Positions 10,079-19,160 of a DNA stretch of 64,000 bases are shown piece by piece. Each line of letters opens with the position of its first letter. The first letter of the stretch is position 1. Position numbers and translations under genes: made by a program. The notes beneath the pieces are model-generated. The model saw only the letters and a list, made by a program, of their open reading frames with translations. It searched no databases and was not told the origin of the DNA. Source of the DNA: a bacterium (GTDB lineage: Bacteria; Zhuqueibacterota; Zhuqueibacteria; Residuimicrobiales; Residuimicrobiaceae); assembly GCA_036788095.1 (NCBI GenBank), contig DAIQOA010000001.1:3948-67947 (forward strand), given 5' to 3'.

Positions 10079-10129
10079 GGCCGTGGATCCGGCACGAGTT
10101 ATTTGTACCGCTTCTCGGCCGGGAGCCGC

Positions 10130-10990
10130 TCACTCGAGAGGGGTGAGCAGGACGTTGTCTTTTATTTCGACCAGCCCCCATTTGCGGTAATCCCCGTTGT
10201 TCATCACCGGAATCGCCCTGCCGATTTGATAGATCTCTTGTCGATGATAATGGCCATGCAGCACCAGATCCGGATGAAAGCGGTCGAGGAGGGCGACCAG
10301 CTCTCGGCGGTTGATCAATCTGGTTGCGGCGGCGAACAGCCGGCCTTCCCGACGGCTCACCACCGAAGCGGGCAGCAGATGGTGGTGCAGCACAACGATT
10401 TTAAACCGGCTGGCCAACGCTTCGTGCGCCAGGATGCGTTCGGCGCTGCCGGGATCCACATAGCCGTTGGAGCAGAAAACATTGCGGCTGATGCGCGGCA
10501 GGCAGCGATTGGAATCCAACACAATCAGAGCAACCCGTTCGTCTAAAAGTTTGATAAAGGGATAGGGATCAGTTTCCCGGCCGTTCAGCGTCAGGATGGA
10601 GCGAAAGGCATTGCGAAAGCTGTGGATGAAGAAGGAGACATCCTTCTCATAATGCGGCTGATCATAGGCGTGTATTTTCATGGCCGTGCGCGGGACCTGG
10701 CGCCATTTGCGGTAAAAGTCGCCGCCGGCGTGAAAATCTTTAAAGAAAAAATAATAGAGATCGTGATTGCCGGGCAGAACGGTCAAACGGTCGGAGGTGG
10801 AAAAACCGCTGCGGCGCAGCAACGCGGCCAGGGCGCGGAATTCTTCCGCGCGGCCGCTCTGACTCAGATCCCCGCTGAGGATCAGATGATCCGGATCGGC
10901 GCGCTGGATCTGGATCAGTCGGCGTTCCACCCAAGCGTCCCGTTCGGCGGAAAAGCCGTAATGCAGGTCAGACAGATGGGCGATCTTCAT
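10130..10990 (-). CDS. calcineurin-like metallophosphoesterase
   Basis: 286 aa. 'HLSDLHYG', 'ILSGDLS', 'GNHD', 'VVLHHHL' and 'LHGHYH' are the metal-ligand motifs of the MPP superfamily. Convergent with pstB2. Confidence 0.75.
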   Translation of the reverse strand: MKIAHLSDLHYGFSAERDAWVERRLIQIQRADPDHLILSGDLSQSGRAEEFRALAALLRRSGFSTSDRLTVLPGNHDLYYFFFKDFHAGGDFYRKWRQVPRTAMKIHAYDQPHYEKDVSFFIHSFRNAFRSILTLNGRETDPYPFIKLLDERVALIVLDSNRCLPRISRNVFCSNGYVDPGSAERILAHEALASRFKIVVLHHHLLPASVVSRREGRLFAAATRLINRRELVALLDRFHPDLVLHGHYHRQEIYQIGRAIPVMNNGDYRKWGLVEIKDNVLLTPLE

Positions 10991-11009
10991 CGGGCTGGAT
11001 TCGACCAGG

Positions 11010-11426
11010 TTAACCGAAACAGAGGATTTTGATCACATAGATGAGAATCCCGGCCATTGTGAAAAAAAGCACATCCTGCAGACGATCCCAGAACATGAGG
11101 ATCTTTAAATCCACTTCCTTCCATTGCTCCCACTCCCGGATGACGCCGAGGAGAAAGCCGCTCAATCCGGCGGTAATCAATGAAGGCCAGAGAAAAACCG
11201 GCAGCAAAATCACCGCGCTGTGCACCATATGCAGCGCCTGATCCAGCACGTTGATCCAACCGCTGTGTTTGGGACGCCATGGATGCCGGTAGGCCAAGAT
11301 GTTGAGCACTTTATGGTATTCGGGATCCGGCAGCTTTTTCAGCTGTTTTTCGACCCGGTCCGCCACTTTTTCCAAATCCGGCGGCGCCGCGCCATAGAAA
11401 ATGCGATAGTGCTCGGGTTTCTGCAT
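11010..11426 (-). CDS. hypothetical small membrane protein (2 predicted TM helices), probably co-transcribed with the metallophosphoesterase
   Basis: Start chosen at MQKPEHY (11426) with an AGGTGA RBS 5 nt upstream. Hydrophobic stretches 'AVILLPVFLWPSLITAGLSGFLLGVI' and 'VLFFTMAGILIYVIKILCF'. Its stop is 20 nt before the MPE start. Confidence 0.5.
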   Translation of the reverse strand: MQKPEHYRIFYGAAPPDLEKVADRVEKQLKKLPDPEYHKVLNILAYRHPWRPKHSGWINVLDQALHMVHSAVILLPVFLWPSLITAGLSGFLLGVIREWEQWKEVDLKILMFWDRLQDVLFFTMAGILIYVIKILCFG

Positions 11427-11585
11427 GGTCTCACCTCTTCGGACTATATGAGCAGACTCAAAGCAGGGCGCCAGGATGCCGTTCAGCCACCCTGTACAAT
11501 TTAAAAACCGCGGCATGATTTCAAAGCATTTTCTTTCACGACCCTTTGGCCTGTCCCCGCGGGCTCAGAGTTTTGGACTTTTCTC

Positions 11586-11614
11586 TTGATTTTTGCCGGC
11601 CGAATACCTAATTT
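11586..11614 (+). promoter_or_regulatory. putative promoter (-35 TTGATT, 17 nt, -10 TAATTT)
   Basis: TTGATT at 11586-11591, a 17-nt spacer, and TAATTT at 11609-11614. It lies ~120 nt upstream of the 11734 ORF. Confidence 0.4.
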
Positions 11615-11733
11615 GATTTGCATTTTTTTACCCCGCAGAGCCGGGACCATGAGACGCATGGCAGCGGACCAGGGTACTTACGGCCGTTACCTTTTAGGCT
11701 CTGCCCGGGGCGAGCGAGGGAGAAGGCAAGGTC

Positions 11734-12135
11734 ATGAAAGCGAAGAAATTTTTCTGGATCGGCACGGTGCTGTTTCTCTTGGCCCTGGCCGTTTTTGTTT
11801 GGTGGCGATATTATTTCGTGTTCGGCGAAGGGGTTAAGGCCGGCAATTTAAATTTTCTGGTGAAAAAAGGCTATGTGTTCAAGACCTGGGAAGGCCGTCT
11901 CATTCAAACCGGCTTTAAAACCCCCAAACCGGGTTCTATGCAGAGCAATGAATTTGAATTCAGCGTGGTGAACGACAGCCTGGCGCACGAGCTGGAAAGA
12001 GCCAACGGCAAATTCGTCGAAGTGCGCTATAAAGAATACCTGCACGCGTTGCCTTGGCGGGGCATGAGCAATTACACCGTCACCGCCATCCTGCGCATCG
12101 AGGATGAGCCGGGCAACTCGGTCTTGCCGTTCTAG
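11734..12135 (+). CDS. hypothetical protein with N-terminal membrane anchor
   Basis: 133 aa. 'FFWIGTVLFLLALAVFVWW' is a TM/signal anchor. GAGGGAGAAGG RBS. Bracketed by its own promoter and terminator. Confidence 0.5.
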   Translation: MKAKKFFWIGTVLFLLALAVFVWWRYYFVFGEGVKAGNLNFLVKKGYVFKTWEGRLIQTGFKTPKPGSMQSNEFEFSVVNDSLAHELERANGKFVEVRYKEYLHALPWRGMSNYTVTAILRIEDEPGNSVLPF

Positions 12136-12299
12136 CGGCAGAGCGGGCTGCTTTTGCTGCAGCCACAGGCGCCCAGAGGGGCGCTTTGTAATTGTAAATC
12201 AAAAACATAACAGCGGGTCTTAACTGCGGACAGCATTCTGATGCACCCGGCAGCGGGCTATTTGCAAGCGAGACCGGTCTGCATCCACCCCACTTAACA

Positions 12300-12330
12300 A
12301 CCGGCACGATGAAAAGGCGCCGGTTTTTTT
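12300..12330 (+). terminator. rho-independent terminator downstream of the 11734 gene
   Basis: CCGGCacgatgaaaaggcGCCGG hairpin followed by TTTTTTT. Confidence 0.5.
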
Positions 12331-12413
12331 ATCGCGATGTCCCCGCTGGCGGTAACCGCGAAAAATCCCACTGCCGCCTTTCTCCTCATGCGGTCGTTTT
12401 CTGTTTTCGAGAG

Positions 12414-12442
12414 TTGACATTTAGAAAAAAATGTGGTAATTT
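12414..12442 (+). promoter_or_regulatory. putative promoter (-35 TTGACA, 17 nt, -10 TAATTT)
   Basis: TTGACA at 12414-12419, a 17-nt spacer, and TAATTT at 12437-12442, upstream of the 12507 gene. Confidence 0.4.
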
Positions 12443-12506
12443 AATCTTCATTTTTCAGGCGGCATAAAAGGACTCTGCCTTGTTACGGTGCATCCGACCA
12501 CGCTTC

Positions 12507-14753
12507 ATGTTGCTCCTCCTTTTGGGTTTGATCAGTTCCCTCATGGCCCAGCCCATTCGCGACAGCCGGCCGCGCACATCCGCGCGTCTGCACAAAACCG
12601 CCATCGATGATTATTGGCATTTTCATAACGCCGGAAATCTCGGATTGACCGTCACCAACTATGGCGTGATCGGCGAAGGCTATAATAATCCGGATCAGCC
12701 CTCCTGCATGTACAAGCTGCATGCCGATAACATGCGTTATCAGATCGAACATATGTCCTTCGGCGGTCTCTGGGTCGGCGGCCGCAGCGAGGCGGACGGC
12801 GCGGTACACGTCTCCACCGCCATTGTGGACGGCGTGTTTGAAGCCGGCGAAGAGGGCTTTGAGTTTACCAACAGCGAAGCGGCCGGCGATACGATACAGA
12901 TTCGCTCGACCATCGTCACCTCTCCTTATTTTTCTCCGCAAGCGGTATCGCATCAGGACTTTGTCGCCACCTTTACGGATCTGAACACCCGCGTGCCCGG
13001 AAGCGACTTTGAAATACCCAACCACACTCCGCTCGGCCTCAGCATACGCCTCGAGTCCTATGCCTGGAATTACAGTTACACCGATGCGTTTGTCATCCTC
13101 AACTATACCATCACCAACGTTTCACGGTATACCATTGAGGACGTCTTTGCCGGCCTCTGGGCGGATGCCGCGGTCGGCAATATGAATTACACCAGCATCT
13201 ATACGCCCGGCGGCGGCTGGTCGTGGTACGACAACATGAACGGATTTGATCAGGGCTACAAACTGGCTTATCAATTTGATGCCGATGGCGACGACGGATT
13301 CGCGCAGAGCTATTTCGGTCTGCGTTATCTGGGCTCCTCCCGCCGCCGTGATTCCGTTCAAGTCCATTATGACCAGTGGCGCTGGTCCGCCAGCGCGGCC
13401 ATGGATTTTCCAGAGTATGTTATGCCGATCAACGATGAGGGCCGGTACGAGGTTCTACGCGGCCGGCATACAGGAAGGTATTACAACGAAGTCACAGACG
13501 GCGGCATTCCAACCGATCCGGCCAGCCGGGGCAGCTGGATGCTGGTGCTCAGCGCCGGCCCGCTGGCTACGCTGGCGCCGGGAGGTTCCACCACCGTGAC
13601 CTTTGCGATTGTCTGCGGCCTGTGGGCTACGCAGGAGTCGAACGACACCCCCGGCCGCCGCGCCAACCTTCGACTCAATTCCGATTGGGCGCAGATCGCC
13701 TATAACGGCGAAGACGTGGACGGCGACGGTAAACTCGATCCCAATGAGGACCAGAACAACAACGGAATCCTCGACGGCCAGGAGGATGTTTACCGTTCTG
13801 ATTTTGATCTGAACAGAAACAGCCGCTGGGATGCCGGCGAGCCGGTTTTCGGTGACGGCGATGGCCATCTCGATATTGAAGAAGACGTGCACCACAATGC
13901 CATCAAGGGCATTCAACCGGGCAACGGAGTGATCGACCGCTTTATTCTTCCCAGCCCGCCGCCTTCTCCGAACCTTCTCGCTGTTCCCGGCGAAGGCCGG
14001 GTAACGCTCTATTGGGATAAGGTGTCGGAGGAGTACGAAGACCCCATCACGCGCGAAAAAGACTTTGAGGGATACCGCATCTACAGCTCTCCCAAAACCG
14101 CTTCCTCCGCAGAGGAACGCACGCTGCTGGCGGAATTTGACCGGATCAACGACCTGGGATATGACACCGGCTTTGCCGCGGTTGCGGTCGATACGGTCAT
14201 CGACGGCCGGCGCTATTTTTACCGCTTCACCAACACCGAGCTGCTCTCCGGCTGGCCGGGTCAGTACTGGTTCAGCGTCACCGCTTTTGACCGCGGCAAT
14301 CCGACCAACAATCTGCCCAGCCTGGAAAGCTCTGTGCTGGAGAACAAGATTTATGCGGTCATCGGATCTCCCGCCAGACCGGCCGGCAGCGCGCTTCGGG
14401 TCGGCGTCTTTCCCAATCCCTACCGCGGTCAGGCCCTGTGGGACGGCGACAGCGACCGCGACCAGATGCTCTGGTTTTTCAATTTGCCGGCCGAAGCCGA
14501 GGTGCGCATCTACACCCTGGCCGGCGATCTGATCGATGAGTTCCGCCATCATGGCAGCAGTTATCGCGGTGAAGACGTCAACCTGATGCAACAAAAGATC
14601 GGCGGCAGCAACACCGTACTGCCGGGCGGACTGCACGCCTGGGATTTAATCTCCTCCTATGATCAGGCGATCGCCACCGGATTGTATTTTTTCAGCGTCA
14701 AGGACGTGGAAACCGGGGAAATTCAGACGGGAAAATTCGTCATCATCAAATAA
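12507..14753 (+). CDS. secreted T9SS cargo protein with thrombospondin-type-3-like Ca-binding Asp repeats, an Fn3-like module and a type-A T9SS C-terminal sorting domain
   Basis: Signal peptide MLLLLLGLISSLMAQP (open from 12480). D-rich repeats 'DVDGDGKLDPNEDQNNNGILDGQED...GDGDGHLDIEED'. The C-terminus 'VFPNPYRG...EVRIYTLAGDLI...GLYFFSVKDVETGEIQTGKFVIIK' resembles the Por secretion tail. Confidence 0.7.
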   Translation: MLLLLLGLISSLMAQPIRDSRPRTSARLHKTAIDDYWHFHNAGNLGLTVTNYGVIGEGYNNPDQPSCMYKLHADNMRYQIEHMSFGGLWVGGRSEADGAVHVSTAIVDGVFEAGEEGFEFTNSEAAGDTIQIRSTIVTSPYFSPQAVSHQDFVATFTDLNTRVPGSDFEIPNHTPLGLSIRLESYAWNYSYTDAFVILNYTITNVSRYTIEDVFAGLWADAAVGNMNYTSIYTPGGGWSWYDNMNGFDQGYKLAYQFDADGDDGFAQSYFGLRYLGSSRRRDSVQVHYDQWRWSASAAMDFPEYVMPINDEGRYEVLRGRHTGRYYNEVTDGGIPTDPASRGSWMLVLSAGPLATLAPGGSTTVTFAIVCGLWATQESNDTPGRRANLRLNSDWAQIAYNGEDVDGDGKLDPNEDQNNNGILDGQEDVYRSDFDLNRNSRWDAGEPVFGDGDGHLDIEEDVHHNAIKGIQPGNGVIDRFILPSPPPSPNLLAVPGEGRVTLYWDKVSEEYEDPITREKDFEGYRIYSSPKTASSAEERTLLAEFDRINDLGYDTGFAAVAVDTVIDGRRYFYRFTNTELLSGWPGQYWFSVTAFDRGNPTNNLPSLESSVLENKIYAVIGSPARPAGSALRVGVFPNPYRGQALWDGDSDRDQMLWFFNLPAEAEVRIYTLAGDLIDEFRHHGSSYRGEDVNLMQQKIGGSNTVLPGGLHAWDLISSYDQAIATGLYFFSVKDVETGEIQTGKFVIIK

Positions 14754-14807
14754 ACGCATCACTGGTCGAGGCCGAGGGGTAAAAGACCTTCAGAAAGGAG
14801 CTGCACT

Positions 14808-17441
14808 TTGAAAAAAGCGATACTGGTTTTGTTGGTACTGGCTGTATGGAGTTCCGCAGGGGCTCAGGTCACTTTAATCCGCGACATTCAATACACCACC
14901 GCCCCCACCGGGGATTCGCCGCTTAAGGATCAGATTGTGACCATCAGCGGTGTGGTCACCGGCGAAATCTATGCTTTTAAAAACAGCTACTATTATGTGC
15001 AGGACGCCAACGCCCCCTGGTCCGGCATCAAGGTGTACGACAAAACCCATTTCGCCGCCCAGGGCGATCGCGTCACCCTGACGGGAAAGGTGGCCGAGTA
15101 CAAGGGCGTCACCGAGATCACCACGGTAACCGCTTTTACCGTAGATTCCACCGGCAGCAACTGGATTCAGCCCATGGCCGTCACCACCGGCGAGATCGCC
15201 ACCACCGGCGCCAATGCGGAGGCCTATGAGGGCTGCCTCGTTCGCGTAGGTCCCGCCACCATCACCAATCCGAACCTCGGCTATGGCGAGTGGCAGATCG
15301 ATGACGGCTCCGGGCCCTGCCGCGTCGATGACGAGACCAAGTATTATTTCCTTCAGGCCCAGTATGGCTCTGTGCAGTCGATCACCGGCATCCTCGACTT
15401 TGCCAACAACGACACCAAGATCGAGCCGCGCCTGGCCAACGACGTGATCGAAGAAGGACCGTACACCCGCATCCAGCGCATTCAACAGGTGCGTTACAGC
15501 GATCTGCTGAAAACGCCGACGCAGAACGCCGCGGATAAGAGCTATATGGACGGCGACACCATGACCGTCAGAGGCATCGTTACCATGCCGACCGGATTGT
15601 GCTACGCCGGCGCAGGCATTAAATTCACCTTTGCCGCCCCTGAAGGTGGCCCGTGGTCCGGTCTGCTCTCCTATCATGCCGATTCAACGGCCTATGGATC
15701 CCTGTATGAAGGCGATGAAATTGTCATGACCGGTTATATCTCAGAGTACACCACCGCCCCCTCCAACATGACCGAATTTTTCATCACCAGTCCCATCGAT
15801 ATTATCAATTTCGGCCAACCCCTGCCCAAAGTCGACTCGATCAAAACAGGCGATCTGCGCTGGCCCACCACTGCTGAGCAGTGGGGCACCTGTATGGTCA
15901 AAGTAGGCAACGCCAAAGTCACCTATCTGACTCCGCAGTACGAATTGTTCGAGATCGATGACGGCAGCGGCGGGGTTCTGGTCGACGATGAATCCGACAG
16001 CATCCGCAATTATCCGGATCCGCCTCTGAAATCGACTTTTGAATCGATGCAGGGTTGGGTCTATCATCATTACGGGTATTACACCGATTCCACCGCTTAC
16101 AAACTGGAGCCGCTCTATCGCACGCAGATGGTGCTGGGCGCCGCTCCGTTGACGGTTAAAAACACCAAGCGCAATCTCGCTGGCGCCATGCCGACGCAAG
16201 CCGTCAGCGTTACCACCACCTTGGATCCAGCGGCCAATGTCGGCTCCGCTAAACTGTTTTACAAAGTCAACGAAGGCGCTTATGCTGAATTGCCCATGAC
16301 GATGAACAACGGCGTCTATGGAGCCGAGATCCCGGCTCAAGCGCTTGGCAGCGTTGTTAACTATTATATCGAGGCCGTGGATAAGGGTGGGCAAAAAACC
16401 TATGATCCGCCTGATCAGACGGTGGCGAATTACACCTATCTGGTGCTGGACGGCAATCCCACGCTGGCGCAGGTGCAAAAAACCTACTGGCCTTCGGGAG
16501 ATAGCCCGTTCCAGAATTTCACCGTGACGGTGGAAGGCGTAGTGACGGCGGACTCGCTGTTCTATGCCAAATACGGCGCGTATCCCATTCAAGACGCGGC
16601 CGGCGCGTGGAACGGCCTGTTCATTCTGGGCAAAGTGCCCAACTCGCTGCATCGCGGCGACCGAGTCCGCGTGACCGGCAGAGTGGAGGACCACAACGCC
16701 GCCTACCTGTATAAATGGGAGGGCAACACCCAGATCCTCGCCGACACCACCATCGTCCTGGCCAGAGCGCAGGAACTGCCCGCGGTGGTGACGGTGACCA
16801 CCAATGATCTGAAAAGCAAGAGCGCTTTGGCCGAGCAGTACGAGGGCGTGCTGGTGCAGGTGAGAAACGCCACCCTGACGGCGGTCAATTCCTATGATGT
16901 GACGATCAACGACGGCAGCGGCGAATGCCTGCTGGACGGGGATGCGTTCATCGGCCGTGATCAGGATGCCAATCCCAATTTCTACATCAATCGAACCGCC
17001 AAAGTGCTGATCGTCGCCGGCGATACGGTCAAGATCGGCGAACAGATCAAAATGGCCCAGGGTGTTTTTCTCTACAGCTTTGGCAGCCATAAAATAGAAA
17101 TCCGCGACCTCAGCGATATCGGCACCACCACCGGCGTGCTCAACGCGGTCGTTGCGCAACCGCTCCGCTTTAGCCTGGAGCAGAATTATCCCAATCCGTT
17201 CAATCCGGAGACGCGGCTGTACTTTCAGATTCCTGAAACGCAAAACGTGCAGTTGGTTGTTTATAATATCCGCGGCCAGATCGTGCGCAATCTGGTGGAC
17301 AACCGCCTCGATGCCGGCGATCATATCGTCAATTGGGACGGCCGTGACAACCGCGGCAATCCGGCGCCCACCGGCGTCTACATCTATCGCATCAAAGCCG
17401 GCGATTACATGGCTGCGCGCAAGATGACGCTGGTGAAATAA
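14808..17441 (+). CDS. secreted T9SS cargo protein made of three tandem OB-fold-like modules (of the kind found at the N-termini of ExeM/NucH/Xds-type extracellular nucleases) plus an Ig-like domain and T9SS CTD; no catalytic domain recognised
   Basis: Signal peptide MKKAILVLLVLAVWSSAGAQ. Three modules begin with I(R/Q)DIQ/Y...GD(S)P...VT(V/I)(S/R)G(V/I)VT... and contain 'EGCLVRV'/'EGVLVQV' and '(W/F)EIDDGSG' strands. The canonical CTD is 'YPNPFNPETRLYF...VVYNIRGQIVRNL...GVYIYRIKAGDYMAARKMTLVK'. Confidence 0.7.
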   Translation: MKKAILVLLVLAVWSSAGAQVTLIRDIQYTTAPTGDSPLKDQIVTISGVVTGEIYAFKNSYYYVQDANAPWSGIKVYDKTHFAAQGDRVTLTGKVAEYKGVTEITTVTAFTVDSTGSNWIQPMAVTTGEIATTGANAEAYEGCLVRVGPATITNPNLGYGEWQIDDGSGPCRVDDETKYYFLQAQYGSVQSITGILDFANNDTKIEPRLANDVIEEGPYTRIQRIQQVRYSDLLKTPTQNAADKSYMDGDTMTVRGIVTMPTGLCYAGAGIKFTFAAPEGGPWSGLLSYHADSTAYGSLYEGDEIVMTGYISEYTTAPSNMTEFFITSPIDIINFGQPLPKVDSIKTGDLRWPTTAEQWGTCMVKVGNAKVTYLTPQYELFEIDDGSGGVLVDDESDSIRNYPDPPLKSTFESMQGWVYHHYGYYTDSTAYKLEPLYRTQMVLGAAPLTVKNTKRNLAGAMPTQAVSVTTTLDPAANVGSAKLFYKVNEGAYAELPMTMNNGVYGAEIPAQALGSVVNYYIEAVDKGGQKTYDPPDQTVANYTYLVLDGNPTLAQVQKTYWPSGDSPFQNFTVTVEGVVTADSLFYAKYGAYPIQDAAGAWNGLFILGKVPNSLHRGDRVRVTGRVEDHNAAYLYKWEGNTQILADTTIVLARAQELPAVVTVTTNDLKSKSALAEQYEGVLVQVRNATLTAVNSYDVTINDGSGECLLDGDAFIGRDQDANPNFYINRTAKVLIVAGDTVKIGEQIKMAQGVFLYSFGSHKIEIRDLSDIGTTTGVLNAVVAQPLRFSLEQNYPNPFNPETRLYFQIPETQNVQLVVYNIRGQIVRNLVDNRLDAGDHIVNWDGRDNRGNPAPTGVYIYRIKAGDYMAARKMTLVK

Positions 17442-17477
17442 GGCTGTTTTTTTTCGCCGAGGTTTTGTAAACGGCGC

Positions 17478-17522
17478 AGGCGGGCTGAGGCGCGTTGGCT
17501 CAGGTTCAACGCCCTCAGCCCG
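17478..17522. other. strong imperfect hairpin (GGGCTGAGGCGCGTTG...CAACGCCCTCAGCCC) 37 nt downstream of the 14808 gene; possible terminator or processing site
   Basis: 15/16-bp inverted repeat with no clear U-tract on either strand. A T8 run lies immediately 5' of it (17446-17453). Confidence 0.35.
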
Positions 17523-17650
17523 CACAGGCGCTCACGCAGCAAAAAATGGCCGCTCGCGACGATTCACTCGTTCGGTTGAACGGTGGAACGCGGCGACCCT
17601 GAGGAAGGTTGGATCAAAGCAACGCTGTTTCATTTTTTATTTGCGTGTAA

Positions 17651-19156
17651 ATGAATTCTAAAAACCCATACATCGTCGTTTTATTCAGCCTGCTGCTGAT
17701 CATGGGATGCGGTCTCAAGGATCCGTTCGGCGATCGCCGTGATTCGAATCCCGTGGGCAATCAGCCGCCGCAAACCCATCTGTTTCTTCAGGTGTCGCAA
17801 ACGCAGATCAGCGTGCACGACACCCTGACGGATGGAACCATTGTGACCAAGACCTACACCGCGGGATTGGATACAACGCCGAGCCGGCAGATCGTACACT
17901 GGTGGGGCGATGATCCGGACGGCACGGTGGCCGGGTATTACTATCAATGGGATTATCAAGCGTCGCCCGTATACACCACTCTGGAGTATGATACTTTTTA
18001 TGTGCCCATCCGCAGCCACTACGACGAGTTCACCTTCAAGGTCTGGGCGGTGGACGATCAGGGATTGCAGGATCCGACGCCGGCGGAGCTGCGCTTCCCG
18101 GTCTACAACACGCCGCCGGAGATCTCCTTTCGTCTGAACACCAATCCGAGCATCACCGGAAATCCGAATGTAACCGCCTACACCTTTCCCACACGGACTT
18201 TTATCTGGGACGCCTCGGACGACGATGGCCGGCAGACCATCACCCATATTTTGTATGCGCTGGACGACACCAGCTCCTGGCGCTCTTTGCCGGGGGATGT
18301 GGATCAGATCACTCTGCGAGATATCCAGCCGGGCGAGCACCGTTTCTTTGTCAAAGCGCAGGATATCTCCGGCGCCACCAGCCGTACGATTTCATTCCCC
18401 GATCCCGCGGACGCTTCGGTGCCGTTGCACTGGGTGGTCAAACCGGTGCAGGGCGGAGTGCTGCTGGTCAACGATTTTGCCCAGGATCAGCGGCTGTATC
18501 AGGTGCAGAGTTTCTACACGGAGATTTTAAGCGAATTGTTGGGACCGGAAGGCTATTCGGTCTGGGAGATCGGTTCAGAGACGACGCCGCTGATTAATTC
18601 CCAGAACGCTTTGCCCTATTCATCCCTCGACATCGAGGCCAATCTGGCGTATTTTGAAAAGGTCATCTGGTTCGCGCATCTTGGTCGGCCGCATTTGAGC
18701 GCCGCCGGACTGAGCATCACCCGCTTTGCCGGCCGCGGCGGCAAGATTTTCATCAGCAACGGCAATGAAGAGACGCCGGACACCACCTGGATGTTCACCA
18801 GCCTGGACTCGGTATACCGGTTGAATCCCGGCGGCCGTCTGCTGGCCGGCGTCAATGTGCTCGCCAGCTTTGGCAGCGCCGATGACCGTCAGTTGGATCT
18901 GAAACTGGAAAAAATGATCGGCAACCGTGTGTCCGCCCTGGTGCCCGGTCCCGGCGCCGAGGTGGTATGGCGAATGGAGCCGGACAGTTCCGCCACCATC
19001 ACAGTGCCCTATAAAGGATCGCCCGCGGTGGCGTTGCGCTATCCCATCGGTTCGGGCAAGTGCATCTATTTCTCCCTGCCGTTGCATCTGTGCGATGGCC
19101 ATAAAAATATGACCGGCTTTTTCCGCTACCTTCTTTTTGAAGAATTTAATCGTTAA
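17651..19156 (+). CDS. hypothetical lipoprotein (Ig-like N-terminal repeats + α/β C-terminal domain), first gene of the TBDR cluster
   Basis: Lipobox 'LLLIMGCG'. Two similar β-sandwich segments ('WAVDDQGLQDPTPAELRFP', 'FVKAQDISGATSRTISFP'). C-terminal 'GGVLLVNDFAQD...KIFISNGNE' looks GATase1/ThuA-like. Confidence 0.55.
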   Translation: MNSKNPYIVVLFSLLLIMGCGLKDPFGDRRDSNPVGNQPPQTHLFLQVSQTQISVHDTLTDGTIVTKTYTAGLDTTPSRQIVHWWGDDPDGTVAGYYYQWDYQASPVYTTLEYDTFYVPIRSHYDEFTFKVWAVDDQGLQDPTPAELRFPVYNTPPEISFRLNTNPSITGNPNVTAYTFPTRTFIWDASDDDGRQTITHILYALDDTSSWRSLPGDVDQITLRDIQPGEHRFFVKAQDISGATSRTISFPDPADASVPLHWVVKPVQGGVLLVNDFAQDQRLYQVQSFYTEILSELLGPEGYSVWEIGSETTPLINSQNALPYSSLDIEANLAYFEKVIWFAHLGRPHLSAAGLSITRFAGRGGKIFISNGNEETPDTTWMFTSLDSVYRLNPGGRLLAGVNVLASFGSADDRQLDLKLEKMIGNRVSALVPGPGAEVVWRMEPDSSATITVPYKGSPAVALRYPIGSGKCIYFSLPLHLCDGHKNMTGFFRYLLFEEFNR

Positions 19157-19160
19157 GCGA

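Noticed and set aside
10079-10129. Terminator between convergent pstB2 and the metallophosphoesterase gene
   Set aside because: Only short GC-rich partial inverted repeats (GGCCG…CGGC) with no U-tract. Insufficient to call.
15741-17525. Long antisense ORFs (e.g. 15741..17525 594 aa, 13455..14636, 19188..20405, 22909..23682, 24562..25467, 30610..31707, 36845..37714, 38970..40235, 40254..41069, 45455..46921, 48278..49042, 52606..53451, 57682..58797, 59091..60185)
   Set aside because: Each lies opposite a gene with clear family-level similarity. Their translations are low-complexity and Arg/Gly/Ala/Pro-rich, typical of spurious open frames in high-GC DNA, and have no recognisable motifs or RBS.
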